A DNA stretch of 61,281 bases, filler included, from a candidate division TA06 bacterium SM23_40 (GCA_001303705.1; 5 parts of 5 records of this genome joined end to end with filler, not necessarily neighbours in it); one strand, 5' to 3'; positions 19,989 through 29,727 are shown, numbered from the whole stretch's first letter. Program-made: numbers and translations. Notes: generated from the letters alone by a model not told the origin.

Positions 19989-21710
19989 TCAGGGCGTCAC
20001 CTCGAAGTCGAATATATCGTCGTCGAGAAGCGCATCCGGACCGTGGCCCAGTGCGGCACGGTACGTATAGGTGCCCGCAGGAGCTGCCGAGGGCACCTGG
20101 TGTGACCGGTGCACCACCAGGGTCTCCGCGGGAGCCAGTGTCACGAGCACCGGTCCGGCAATCGGGTTCCCCGAGTACGGCCGGCCATCAGGAAAAAACA
20201 CCTCGGCCAGACCCCATACCGACTGAACGCTATCCGTACGATTGATGACCGCCACCGTGACCCCGAGGGTGCCGCCCGGCTGCACCGTCTGAGAGTCCGG
20301 TTCCAGGAAGAGCGAAACATCGGGGAATGCCAGTTCAGCGGATACTTCGAGATCGATCCTCCCCCACCCGTAGTCCCAATCCGGTCCGGGCGTGCCGAGA
20401 TCGACCGCGCCCTGTTTCAATACAGTCTCGAGCTGATCGAGAGACAGTGTCGGATTGGCATCGATGAGAAGTGCGACGCCTCCGGTAACGTGAGGCGTCG
20501 ACATCGACGTGCCCGATTTGAAACCGTATCCCCCGGGGACCGACGACCATACATCCACGCCCGGGGCCGTCACGTCCGGCTTGACGACGGAAGGATCGCA
20601 CGCCGAAGGCCCGCGTCCGCTGCTGTTACATATGACATCGTCCGAATCGGTGTTGCCCACGCCGACGGACTCGAGGTAGTTGCCGGGACTCCTCGCCGAG
20701 GCGTACCCCGGACCGTAATTATGCGTTGCGAACGAGGGGAATATCCCTGCCGCAACCCACGCCTGGACGCTCGCGAGATACGTCGTCTCGCAGCCATAGC
20801 TCGAAAATCCCCACGAGTTGTTGACCGCGATCGGAGCGTCATCGGTGGCGGGGTCGCCGTCAGGGTCCATCATCCATTCGAATATCTCCAGAAAGGCGGA
20901 CGTTGTGCCCGAACCGTTATCGTCCCAGGCCTTGGCAGCGATCCACTTCGCCCCGGGAGCCACACCGATATCCGTACCCCCGGCATCGCCACCTACCATA
21001 GTACCCGTCGTGTGAGTGCCGTGTCCTGTCCACGGCCCTGCCAGGTCGACCGGTGTGGAGTGCTGCCCGTAGGGGTCGAACCAGCTGTTCGATCCGCCCC
21101 GGTATCGGCTTTCCAGATCCGGGTGGGTGACATCGACGCCGGTATCGAAGCTTCCGACGACGAACCCGCTACCATCATATCCCATGGCCCACACCTCGGG
21201 CGCGTTCACCTTCGCGATATTCCACTCGCTCGACTCGTCCCGGGGGACGCCCTCCCCCTGCTCGTGCTCCGGGCCTGGCATAGGTCGGTCGAGATAGATC
21301 GCCGCCACCTCCGGCCGCTCAGCGAGACGCGAGATGACAGGGGGAACGGCACTGAGCGCCATGCCATTGAACACCCAGAACGGCCGTACATCGCGAACAC
21401 GTCCTGCGTCTCGCTCCCGTTCAAGCTCCTTGAGCGTTCCCCGTTGGGTGCGATCGGCAGTCTCCTGAAGAGCTTCGATGACTCTCATCAGCCGCTCGCT
21501 CCGCGGCCCCGCATCGAGGCCGGTGATCACTTGTGAAAGGTCTGTCTGATCGACGAGGTGTACGATTATGGGCACCATCTCGGAAGGGCCCCCGACCGCC
21601 ATTATGTGACCGAGCTCGGGCTCGATCTTCCCGGCACCGGCAGAGGACCACATGACTGTAACGATGGTCGCGACGGCAACCGGAAGGATGGCAATTCCCC
21701 TGATCGACAT
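19989..21710 (-). CDS. Secreted S8 subtilase (bacillopeptidase F-like) with propeptide and the shared C-terminal domain
   Basis: FDTGVD, GHGTHTTGT, NNSWG and GTSMSTPH motifs; signal peptide. Confidence 0.93.
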   Translation of the reverse strand: MSIRGIAILPVAVATIVTVMWSSAGAGKIEPELGHIMAVGGPSEMVPIIVHLVDQTDLSQVITGLDAGPRSERLMRVIEALQETADRTQRGTLKELERERDAGRVRDVRPFWVFNGMALSAVPPVISRLAERPEVAAIYLDRPMPGPEHEQGEGVPRDESSEWNIAKVNAPEVWAMGYDGSGFVVGSFDTGVDVTHPDLESRYRGGSNSWFDPYGQHSTPVDLAGPWTGHGTHTTGTMVGGDAGGTDIGVAPGAKWIAAKAWDDNGSGTTSAFLEIFEWMMDPDGDPATDDAPIAVNNSWGFSSYGCETTYLASVQAWVAAGIFPSFATHNYGPGYASARSPGNYLESVGVGNTDSDDVICNSSGRGPSACDPSVVKPDVTAPGVDVWSSVPGGYGFKSGTSMSTPHVTGGVALLIDANPTLSLDQLETVLKQGAVDLGTPGPDWDYGWGRIDLEVSAELAFPDVSLFLEPDSQTVQPGGTLGVTVAVINRTDSVQSVWGLAEVFFPDGRPYSGNPIAGPVLVTLAPAETLVVHRSHQVPSAAPAGTYTYRAALGHGPDALLDDDIFDFEVTP

Positions 21711-21807
21711 AGTCTGCTCCCTGTTCCTGGCTCAGCCCCCCGGGGCCAGGCAGGCCCTTCCCCTGGCACCCGCAGAGAGGTTCGCCGTTCATGCAGAGTA
21801 TCGAACC

Positions 21808-21853
21808 GCTAACGTAAAATGAAATGTTAGCATAATTCTTCCTCGGCTGTCAA
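21808..21853 (-). promoter_or_regulatory. Sigma70-type promoter with an overlapping inverted repeat
   Basis: TTGACA-18 nt-TAACAT; GCTAAC-N12-GTTAGC at 21808-21831. Confidence 0.6.
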
Positions 21854-21929
21854 GAAAAAACGGCGCCCCCGGCGCAACAGACCCATCGCATTCGCCGGGT
21901 CGAAGGGCCTAAACGGTTAAGAGGGGACG

Positions 21930-22572
21930 CAGAGCGAAGGAAGAAGGTGCGCCGTACGAAGGGCTGCTGAAGACAAGAGTGTACAGTGTCAAAAGCGGCC
22001 TGCGGCGTACAAGGCGCACACAGAGTGAGAAGCAGAGGAAAGTAGGTGAAGGATGTGGAGTGTGACGAGGAGCGGGGAGGATGAGAAGAGTGTGCAGTAC
22101 GAGGGCCGCCTCCAGCATCAAAATGAGGCGGGGCGCGTGAGAACGGCGCAGTGTAACAGGAACGGTACAGGATGAAGACGGTGTGCTGCAGAGAACCGGC
22201 CCCCAGCATGAGAACGCCGCACGTAGCGAGAAGGAGATCGAGTCTGCGAGAGGTATAAAGAAGGCAAGGAGCGCGCAGTGCGAGAGGCATATGTAATATG
22301 AAGGCGCTCCGGATTACGCAAGAGGGACCATGCAACGTGAGAAGGGACATCGAGTGCGTGCACGACCTACGCGATGAGAACAAGGCAGACCACGTGACGG
22401 GTGTCGGGAGGGGGCAGGGAGCGCGCAGTACAGAGAAAAGTCCGCGCCGGGAGAAGGAACGTGCATGGTATGAAAAAGGTGCATCATGAAGGTGGCGCGG
22501 AGCGTCAGAACCAGATGCGACAGGAGAAGAAACGAGCAGGGAGAGAGGAAACGAGCCATAGCAGTACGAAGA
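21930..22572. repeat. Highly degenerate ~18-nt tandem array, purine-rich on the + strand
   Basis: CAGYRTGAGAA-like cores recur at 16-21 nt steps, e.g. 22058, 22077, 22095, 22113, 22204, 22222, 22240, 22276, 22294, 22312. Confidence 0.65.
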
Positions 22573-22728
22573 TTCTCAACGCATCGAGGCGAACGGGGGA
22601 TCCGGATGAAAGCCTGTCAGGTGGGTGATCCGGATGAAAAAGCCGAGGCAGGTTGGGGGGGAGGGACTGCAACCTGCCCCGGCTCATTATGTGACACTTC
22701 GTGCCGTCACCAGACGTGCGTCAGCCTC

Positions 22729-22899
22729 TCAGTTCCACTTGCGCTCGTCGTGAATCTCCTGCTCAGCGTCCGGCGGAACATATTCAAGTGAGACTTTGCT
22801 CAATGCATCTATCAGGTCCCGAAAGTCCACGTTGTTCCATCCTTGAGCGGACGCGCGTCGGACGATCTGGTTGACCGCATCCCAGACCGAGGGCTTCAT
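22729..22899 (-). CDS. Small hypothetical protein, 56 aa (below the ORF-track cutoff)
   Basis: GAAAGG RBS then MKPSVWDAVNQIVRRASAQGWNNVDFRDLIDALSKVSLEYVPPDAEQEIHDERKWN*. Confidence 0.6.
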   Translation of the reverse strand: MKPSVWDAVNQIVRRASAQGWNNVDFRDLIDALSKVSLEYVPPDAEQEIHDERKWN

Positions 22900-23006
22900 T
22901 TTCTTGCCTTTCTAGCCAACCGAACCGCTTCGTTCTGGTGACAACCCAGCATTCAGTACCTCGTCCGTGGAGAGCTCCTGCATCCTCACATTCTACCTGG
23001 CAGGGA

Positions 23007-23022
23007 AGCAAGAAGGATGCCA
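23007..23022 (-). promoter_or_regulatory. Sigma54 (-24/-12) promoter candidate
   Basis: TGGCATCCTTCTTGCT, with GG-N10-GC spacing. Confidence 0.6.
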
Positions 23023-23362
23023 GCGGGAGCGTCGAAGCACGCCGGATGGTCCTTTTGGACGTCGGATCGTCCTGCTACTAAGAGCCTGATCCTCCGCCAG
23101 TTAGCAGGACGTCCGCGGGCGCCCCGGTGCGGCCAGAGCCGCCAGCCCCCCGGAACGATATGAATCGTGCCGCAGTCCTTTCCAGTTCGTGTGCGATTTT
23201 GCCCATGTGCGGCTCCCACTCCCAATCCCTCATGTTGTAAGTCAACAAGGAGCCCTCTGCTAGGGGAGTGCGAAAACTCACCTCTCTGCTGGGGAAGAAG
23301 ACCCACACCCCGGGGGCCCAACGATCACAGATCCCCTCCCCGCAGGCGGGCGCATAGACGAA

Positions 23363-23405
23363 GCCCCTCTCCCGCTTCCGGCTGATGCCGGAGGCGGTGA
23401 GGGGC
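23363..23405 (-). terminator. Long GC-rich hairpin downstream of the cohesin-domain gene
   Basis: Minus strand GCCCCTC..CCGCCTCCGGC-ATCA-GCCGGAAGCGG..GAGGGGC then TTCGTCT. Confidence 0.55.
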
Positions 23406-23437
23406 GACTGTAGGGTTAGACCCTCCCATGGCACGAG

Positions 23438-24490
23438 CTATCGGGATGACCTCACCTTGACCGTGCCCGATCCGAGCTGGACCGGCACGAACATCGACTT
23501 GCTATCCATCACAACCCCACTGACAAAGCCGAGAGTAGATACGCCGGCGGACAGCGCCCTGAACTTGATCCTTGCCAGGCTGCCGGAGCCCGCGACGCCT
23601 CCGTCGCCCGGATTCTCCCTCGCTACTGTCACGAAGATCCGACCTGCCGCGTTGTCGATCTGGGACTCGAAGGTAGCAGGGCGCCAGTCCTTGCTGGCGA
23701 AATTACCTTCCTTCACATTGACGGCTTCGAGAATGCCCGGGTCGAATTCGACATCGAATGATGCCCGAAAGAAGTCTGACACGTTCTGGACATTGACCTG
23801 CACGGTAACGATCTGCCCCAGCCTCGGCGACTGGCTTTGCGGGGTAAACGAGATCGAAGTCCTCGATGTCCCTCCGACCCCCGGCTCTTCTCCGGTCTCA
23901 TCCCAGATCGGCCCAGCCTGGACGGACTCCGCGGCCCCGAAGAACCACCCGCTCTGGGTATCGGGCGGCGCGAGCCAGTTGCCCCACGGGTCCTCGGGCT
24001 CCGCAGAGGCATCGAGCACCGCACCGAAGGGCCCTGTCGCTTCCTGGACGAGTTCCGTCACCTCCTCGGGCGGTGAGATCCTGGAAGGCTCGGCGCCTTG
24101 CTCTCGAGCTGTGGTCTCCGAATCGGATTCCGATGACCACCCGATGTACACCGAGGCCCCCTCCTCCCCCCGGCTCCCAGCATCTTCAGCAACTGTGGAC
24201 CGGCCCTCGAGCGCCGGCGACTCTCCCTGCCCGGAGCTGTCCTCATCGGTCGGCGTCGCGCCGGGCCGGCCGGGACCGACGGCGGATGCCGCATCATCGG
24301 CACTCGCTTCAGCACCCGGCCCACTGCCTGCCGGCAGTCGGGCCTCCTCTTCGAGCGAAGCCACTGAGATGCTGCGAAGCTGATCCAGGGTCCGCTGCCT
24401 GCTCGCAAGAACTCTCCGCTCGGCGGCATACGCAACGAGCCCCGCAATGAGCAGGACAACTAGAATTATCGTACTGCGTCTGGTGCCCAT
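23438..24490 (-). CDS. Membrane-anchored or secreted protein with an acidic linker and a C-terminal cohesin-like domain
   Basis: Start MGTRR with hydrophobic segment; VNVQNVSDFFRASFDVEFDPGILEAVNVKEGNF and GSGSLARIKFRA cohesin pattern. Confidence 0.8.
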   Translation of the reverse strand: MGTRRSTIILVVLLIAGLVAYAAERRVLASRQRTLDQLRSISVASLEEEARLPAGSGPGAEASADDAASAVGPGRPGATPTDEDSSGQGESPALEGRSTVAEDAGSRGEEGASVYIGWSSESDSETTAREQGAEPSRISPPEEVTELVQEATGPFGAVLDASAEPEDPWGNWLAPPDTQSGWFFGAAESVQAGPIWDETGEEPGVGGTSRTSISFTPQSQSPRLGQIVTVQVNVQNVSDFFRASFDVEFDPGILEAVNVKEGNFASKDWRPATFESQIDNAAGRIFVTVARENPGDGGVAGSGSLARIKFRALSAGVSTLGFVSGVVMDSKSMFVPVQLGSGTVKVRSSR

Positions 24491-24880
24491 CGTACACAAA
24501 CCTCCACGACTCCATATCGCTTCCCGGGCCGCGATCCAGCGCTCGCCGGACGATCCAGCCCTGAGAGAAGCGGCACCCCTCTCATGCTCTGACGGCCGAA
24601 AAACCCGATGGTCGGCTGTACCAGGGATTCTATGATACCGCAATTCGGGCCCCGATTCAAGGTGAATTCTGATGGAATGCGATGGCCTGCGCCCTCCTCC
24701 CTGGTCGCGGCCCACATAAAGAACCGGCGGCGGAGCCACTCTCACCGAGTGTCTCGCGCCGCCACAGGCACCGCTGCTGCAAGACCTTCGGAAGTCTTCC
24801 TCAGGACGAGCAGCCTCACAACTCATCACAGTAGAGGGCACATCCCGCTGGAAAAATACAACAAAAGCAAGGCGGCAGCA

Positions 24881-26137
24881 CTACGGAATAGACAGTGCCT
24901 GGGCGGCATCCAGTCTCCCCGCACCGAGCTGGCCAGCGAAGCTCGCGTTGAGACTGTCGATATCGACCGCCGCATCCAGAACGATGTCCATGACCTCGTC
25001 ATGGGCGAGTCCCGGAGCCAGCGCCCACACAAGGGCCGCAGTCCCCGATATGAACGGAGCTGCCATAGACGTCCCGTCCCACCGAGCACACAGATCATCC
25101 GAGAAGGCACTGTAGATGTCTACTCCGGGAGCGGTCAGAGAGACGAGGTCGCCATAATTGGAGAACGGCGCCTTCACGTCGAGAGTGTCAGTGGCGGCCA
25201 CCGCATAGGTGTGTGGGCTCGCTGCCGGCATGTATTCCGGATTGGGGCTCACCGTATTGCCGGCCGTACAGACGATCAGGCACCCCGCATCCCTGGCATA
25301 TGCAAGAGCCTCCTGAAGCACCGGCGAGGTCAGCTGCATCCCGAGGCTCAGATTGATTATCCGGGCCTCCTCTTCCACAGCCTTGGCAATCCCCTGGATG
25401 AGGTTGAAGAGCGTCCCGCGACCCTCCGCGTTGAGCACACGATAGACGGCGATCTCGCAGTCAGGTGCAACCAGCGCGATGATGCCTGCGATGTGAGTGC
25501 CGTGTCCACGGGCCTCGTCGACATAGCCATCCCAGTCGTTGTCGATTCCGTCCGGCTCCTCAGACGGATCGGGGTCATCGTCGACGAGGTCAGCTCCAGC
25601 CGTGCAGAGATGTCCGAGGAGCAACCAGTGATCGAGGTCGGCGCCTGTATCGAGAATGGCGACGCGTATTCCTTCGCCAGTAGACACCTCATGAGCTTCA
25701 GTGAGGCGGATCTGATCGACCGCGCGCTGCCACTCATAATCTTCGAGCGACGGATCGTTCTCGATGAATGGCATGCTCGACTGGTCTGCCTCGGGAGCCT
25801 CGAGCAGGAAATTCCTCTCCGTATAGATGATCCCGTCGAAATCCCTGATCTGTCCGATCACCTCGGACTCTGAGCTGTACCCCGGCAGCGTGACCCGGGC
25901 CACTCCTAAGACGGGGATCTCCTCGGCGGTCGTCGTCCCGAAGGTGATGTCTATCGTTTCCGTAGACATGCCCGGCTCCAGGACGACTAGCACTTCGGAC
26001 GGCACGTACTCGACGCCCCCTCCCTGCGCCCTCTCCACCATCGGAAGGAGAACGAGAAGACCTGCGATCGCAACCGCAAGAGCTGTACCGACCCGGAGGC
26101 GCGCGATACCATGAAGTTGTGAGACCGCGTCCTGCAT
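24881..26137 (-). CDS. S8 subtilase with an N-terminal signal/TM segment
   Basis: ILDTG, GHGTHIAG, INLSLG, TAGN and GTSMAAP motifs; AAGGAG RBS before MQDAV. Confidence 0.93.
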   Translation of the reverse strand: MQDAVSQLHGIARLRVGTALAVAIAGLLVLLPMVERAQGGGVEYVPSEVLVVLEPGMSTETIDITFGTTTAEEIPVLGVARVTLPGYSSESEVIGQIRDFDGIIYTERNFLLEAPEADQSSMPFIENDPSLEDYEWQRAVDQIRLTEAHEVSTGEGIRVAILDTGADLDHWLLLGHLCTAGADLVDDDPDPSEEPDGIDNDWDGYVDEARGHGTHIAGIIALVAPDCEIAVYRVLNAEGRGTLFNLIQGIAKAVEEEARIINLSLGMQLTSPVLQEALAYARDAGCLIVCTAGNTVSPNPEYMPAASPHTYAVAATDTLDVKAPFSNYGDLVSLTAPGVDIYSAFSDDLCARWDGTSMAAPFISGTAALVWALAPGLAHDEVMDIVLDAAVDIDSLNASFAGQLGAGRLDAAQALSIP

Positions 26138-26183
26138 GTCACTTCTCCTTTCGGACGAGGCACCCGACATTCGAGTCTCGCCA

Positions 26184-29027
26184 CTAGCCCCTACCCAACA
26201 GCACGAACGGAGCCCAGTAGTAAGGATGTGCGAATTCTCTCTTCGTCTCCAACATGGCTCCACGTAGCGAGCCACTCTTCGAATGTCCCGCCTTGAGTCG
26301 GCGATAGAAGTTCCCCATGATAATGGCTGTCGACTCGTCATGCACCTGCCAGAGGCTCACGACGAGCGAACGGACGCCAGCGTGCAGGAAGCCCCGAACC
26401 AGCCCGACCAGTTCATCGCCCCTCAGGACTTTTCCCACACCCGTCTGGCACCCGCTCAATGTAACCAGAGAAGCGTCCAGGCGCAAGTCGTAGAGGTCAT
26501 AGATATTGAGCCATCCGTCGGCGAGCTTGAGTGACGAGAACATGGGGTTGCCCCCGCGGAATACCCCGTGACAGGCAAGATGTATCATCCTCCCATCGCG
26601 CCCGTGCTGCCGCAGCTTATCGACCCCTGCCTCGTTTCCCACAAAAAGCAGCGCGTCATCGTAAATACGAGCGATCTGCTCGACCTCCGTGCTGATGTGG
26701 GGCGCGCCGTTCCCATCGACACCCAGGATCAATAACCTCTGCTCGTCCTCTTGACCATCTCCATCGCAGAGTCTGAGCACGGTCGCGCTCGGCGAGTAAC
26801 GCACTTCGTGTCGATCGATGAGGAACTGCTCCCCATCGAATACCGCGTGGAAGGGAACGTAATGGAGTTGCCCGTGCGGGACGATCACGAGTCTCCTCCC
26901 GTCGATCCTTCTCGCCATCGGCTCGACGAGCTCGGCATTGAGACGGCCGAGCGAGCAGAGAACGCTTTCGTACAAATGAGAATTGTGGCGCCGAACATAC
27001 TCATCGCCGAGCTGGAATTTCTTGAGCTGGAATTGGAGCCTCGCCATCAGCCGATCGACGACCGCAACATCGGCGAGATGATCATATATGTCGATGCTAT
27101 CATGATCCATGGCGAACGCCATCACCCGGTCGCGAGCGATGTAGTATTCGATGAGCGTCTCGTCGGCGCCCAGGGATTCCCTGATCTTCTCAATCGGGAT
27201 CGTCGACGCGCTGTGCAGGGAAGCGAGTTCGAAATCCTTGTGCCGCAGTTCTCTGAGGATATATGCGATTCTTCGCTCGGTTTCGGTGATCTCCTGACGC
27301 AGATCCGATATTACTGATAGCGAGCGCCTCGTCCCCTGAGTGTCCAGATCGTTGAGCTGACTGTAGCGGAGATTGAGCCGTTCTCGCTGTTCCTGCAGCT
27401 CATCGACCAGCCGGGACGGGACGCGTCTCCCGTTCTTCACCTCTGCATGCGGACGGTATGTGAGCAGGTCAACGAGGGCTTTCGACTTCCCGCGCTCGAC
27501 GTACTCGAGTGCCTTGTGGATGCTCCGCTGGGTACCGCCGCGGAGATAGTGGAGGACGATGTCCTCATACACACGGAACTTATCCGTAAGGAAGTTGGCC
27601 TTGTACTCATCCGCCCCGATCGTGCTCCACATCTGCTCCACCGATTCGACTGCGCGACGGAGGTACCGGCTCGCCTTTCCTCTCTCACCCTCTCGCTCGC
27701 TGATCTTCCCCAACAAGTGATAACACTGGTAGTTGAGCCAGGGGGTCTCGTCTGCGGCAGCCCCACGAAGAGCCCGGCGGCACAGCGCGAGGGCATCGGC
27801 ATGCTTGCCCAATTCAAATGATGCGCGGGCCATCTCCAGCCTGGCATACCGTCTCTTCGTCACCAGGCCAGCCCCGGCGAATACGTCATGCGCCCGACGT
27901 GCGATCCGCAGCGCCTCGCGGACCTTCCCCTCCCGGCGGAGCAGCGTTGCCATGTACAGGTCGATCATAGCAGTCCATACATGGTTACCTTCACGTCCGA
28001 AGATCCTGCGCGCGGCTCGCAAGTGTTCTAAGGCCTGACCGTATTGCCCGAGATGGATCTCTGCAATCGCCTGATTCGAGAGGGCTCTTCCCGCCTCATA
28101 TGCCATACCGAGTTCATCGAATCCCAGCCTCGCGGCCTCACAGAGGTGCACGACATCGGCATGCAGGTTCAGTCGGAGATAGACCTCAGCCTCATCCAGG
28201 TTAGTGAGCGACACATGCCGCACGTCCCCCAGCTCCTCGAAGATGTGACGTACATCGTGATAGCTCTGGATCGCCTGATGGTATCGGTCGGTGAGGAAGA
28301 ACAGATACGCGATATTGTAGTCGACCTGCGCTACTCTCGGCCCCTGACCGCGCTCGGCAAACTGGCCTCTGGCCGACTGATAGAGCGCCAGGGCCTTGTC
28401 GAATTCACCGAGGCTGGTGAGGACGTTCGCGCGGTTGAAATCGACGAGTGCTTGTTCGTAGCTCTTGCCGAGTCTGCCGAAGGTCCTCTTCGCCCGGCCG
28501 TAGCAACGGAGGGCCTCACGATACCGGTCGAGCCGGTGATAGATGTTCCCAGTGTTCGTATCGAGCTTCGCGACGAGGCTGGCCTTCCGATGCTGCTTGA
28601 ACACCGCTCTCGCCCGGTCGGCAAGCTTGAGGGCACGATTGTACCGACCGAGATACATCAGCGCGTCGACATGTCCCATTTGAACCTGAGCCCACTCGAG
28701 ATCCGACCCCTGCCTCCTGAACCACCGCGCGACCTCCCGGTAGTCCTCAGCAGCCTGCCGGTATGAACCCATGGCATGGCGCGCCTTCGCCCGAGCCCAC
28801 CTGCCATGTAGGCGGATCTCGGCATCCCGGACAACGGTGCCGATCTCCAACCAGAGATCAGCCAACTCCAGCGCCCGAGAAGCATCTTTCCACAGCAGAT
28901 CGTTCAGTCTTGCTGTGAGTTCCCGTATCGCACTGTGATCAAACCGCCCGCGGTGCTTGCGGATGTAGTCGCAGCGTCTCTTTCCCCGAAGGGTCTGTAC
29001 ACGAGCGAGCAGCGCATCGAAGGTCAT
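26184..29027 (-). CDS. TPR-CHAT (caspase-like) protease
   Basis: Long N-terminal TPR array; IVPHGQLHYVPF, HLACHG (His), LSGCQTG (Cys), SLWQVHD and HPYYWAPF motifs. Confidence 0.94.
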   Translation of the reverse strand: MTFDALLARVQTLRGKRRCDYIRKHRGRFDHSAIRELTARLNDLLWKDASRALELADLWLEIGTVVRDAEIRLHGRWARAKARHAMGSYRQAAEDYREVARWFRRQGSDLEWAQVQMGHVDALMYLGRYNRALKLADRARAVFKQHRKASLVAKLDTNTGNIYHRLDRYREALRCYGRAKRTFGRLGKSYEQALVDFNRANVLTSLGEFDKALALYQSARGQFAERGQGPRVAQVDYNIAYLFFLTDRYHQAIQSYHDVRHIFEELGDVRHVSLTNLDEAEVYLRLNLHADVVHLCEAARLGFDELGMAYEAGRALSNQAIAEIHLGQYGQALEHLRAARRIFGREGNHVWTAMIDLYMATLLRREGKVREALRIARRAHDVFAGAGLVTKRRYARLEMARASFELGKHADALALCRRALRGAAADETPWLNYQCYHLLGKISEREGERGKASRYLRRAVESVEQMWSTIGADEYKANFLTDKFRVYEDIVLHYLRGGTQRSIHKALEYVERGKSKALVDLLTYRPHAEVKNGRRVPSRLVDELQEQRERLNLRYSQLNDLDTQGTRRSLSVISDLRQEITETERRIAYILRELRHKDFELASLHSASTIPIEKIRESLGADETLIEYYIARDRVMAFAMDHDSIDIYDHLADVAVVDRLMARLQFQLKKFQLGDEYVRRHNSHLYESVLCSLGRLNAELVEPMARRIDGRRLVIVPHGQLHYVPFHAVFDGEQFLIDRHEVRYSPSATVLRLCDGDGQEDEQRLLILGVDGNGAPHISTEVEQIARIYDDALLFVGNEAGVDKLRQHGRDGRMIHLACHGVFRGGNPMFSSLKLADGWLNIYDLYDLRLDASLVTLSGCQTGVGKVLRGDELVGLVRGFLHAGVRSLVVSLWQVHDESTAIIMGNFYRRLKAGHSKSGSLRGAMLETKREFAHPYYWAPFVLLGRG

Positions 29028-29037
29028 AGCCGATCAC

Positions 29038-29658
29038 CTAGAGCGAGACATCGCGGATATTGACATGGCCCATTTTCAGCCGGAGGCCTATACCGTACGT
29101 TGCTTCCTCGACCTCCTCGAATGCGAACTCCCCTATGGCATTAGTGAATGTGCTACCCACTTCCTCGTCTCCACGCATCAGCCGCACCGACTGAAACGCG
29201 AGGTCACCCGCCTCCCCCGCCAGCGGCAATACCTGGCCCAAGATGTCGATTGATCCCGGCCTCTCTAGCTCTCTCATCTGGAGATCAATGTCCACGTCCT
29301 CCGCCCGATACAGAAGCTGTCGAACCTCCCCCCCCATGGTGCGCACACCCGCTGGTTGCAGGGAACTGTGGCTGTCGTAGACGAGCACTGCCTCCAGCTC
29401 GCGATGCGCCGAAGCCCCACTCTGCTGACGCATCTTCGAATAGAGTGCGCATGCCCGCTCGATAACTTCCTTTGGAGGATCGACGAGTTCATCTGTCCTC
29501 ATGAGAGCAATCAATCGGCCGATCCACGCGAGCTCCGCGTCACACGCGGGACATCCAGTCGCCAGATGCTCCTCTACCGCTCTCCTGTCCGGTTCCGACA
29601 GCTTTCCCTCCAGATAGTCAATAAGACGCTCGAACGAGACATGGACAGAATCCGACAT
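29038..29658 (-). CDS. Soluble zinc-finger (ZAS) anti-sigma factor with a C-terminal beta-sandwich domain
   Basis: H..LIDYLEGKL..EEHLATGCPAC; no TM helix; TNAIGEFAFEEV resembles a carboxypeptidase-regulatory-like fold. Confidence 0.82.
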   Translation of the reverse strand: MSDSVHVSFERLIDYLEGKLSEPDRRAVEEHLATGCPACDAELAWIGRLIALMRTDELVDPPKEVIERACALYSKMRQQSGASAHRELEAVLVYDSHSSLQPAGVRTMGGEVRQLLYRAEDVDIDLQMRELERPGSIDILGQVLPLAGEAGDLAFQSVRLMRGDEEVGSTFTNAIGEFAFEEVEEATYGIGLRLKMGHVNIRDVSL

Positions 29659-29727
29659 GTGATGACCCCCGGCTGATATTGTGGTTTTCTATGAACCAGT
29701 GCCGCGAGCGCCCAGCGGCAGCTCCCG

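Noticed and set aside
21860-21920. c-di-GMP-I riboswitch, suggested by GGGCCTAAAC
   Set aside because: No GGCAAA/GAAA P2 arm in the proper arrangement and no downstream + strand gene.
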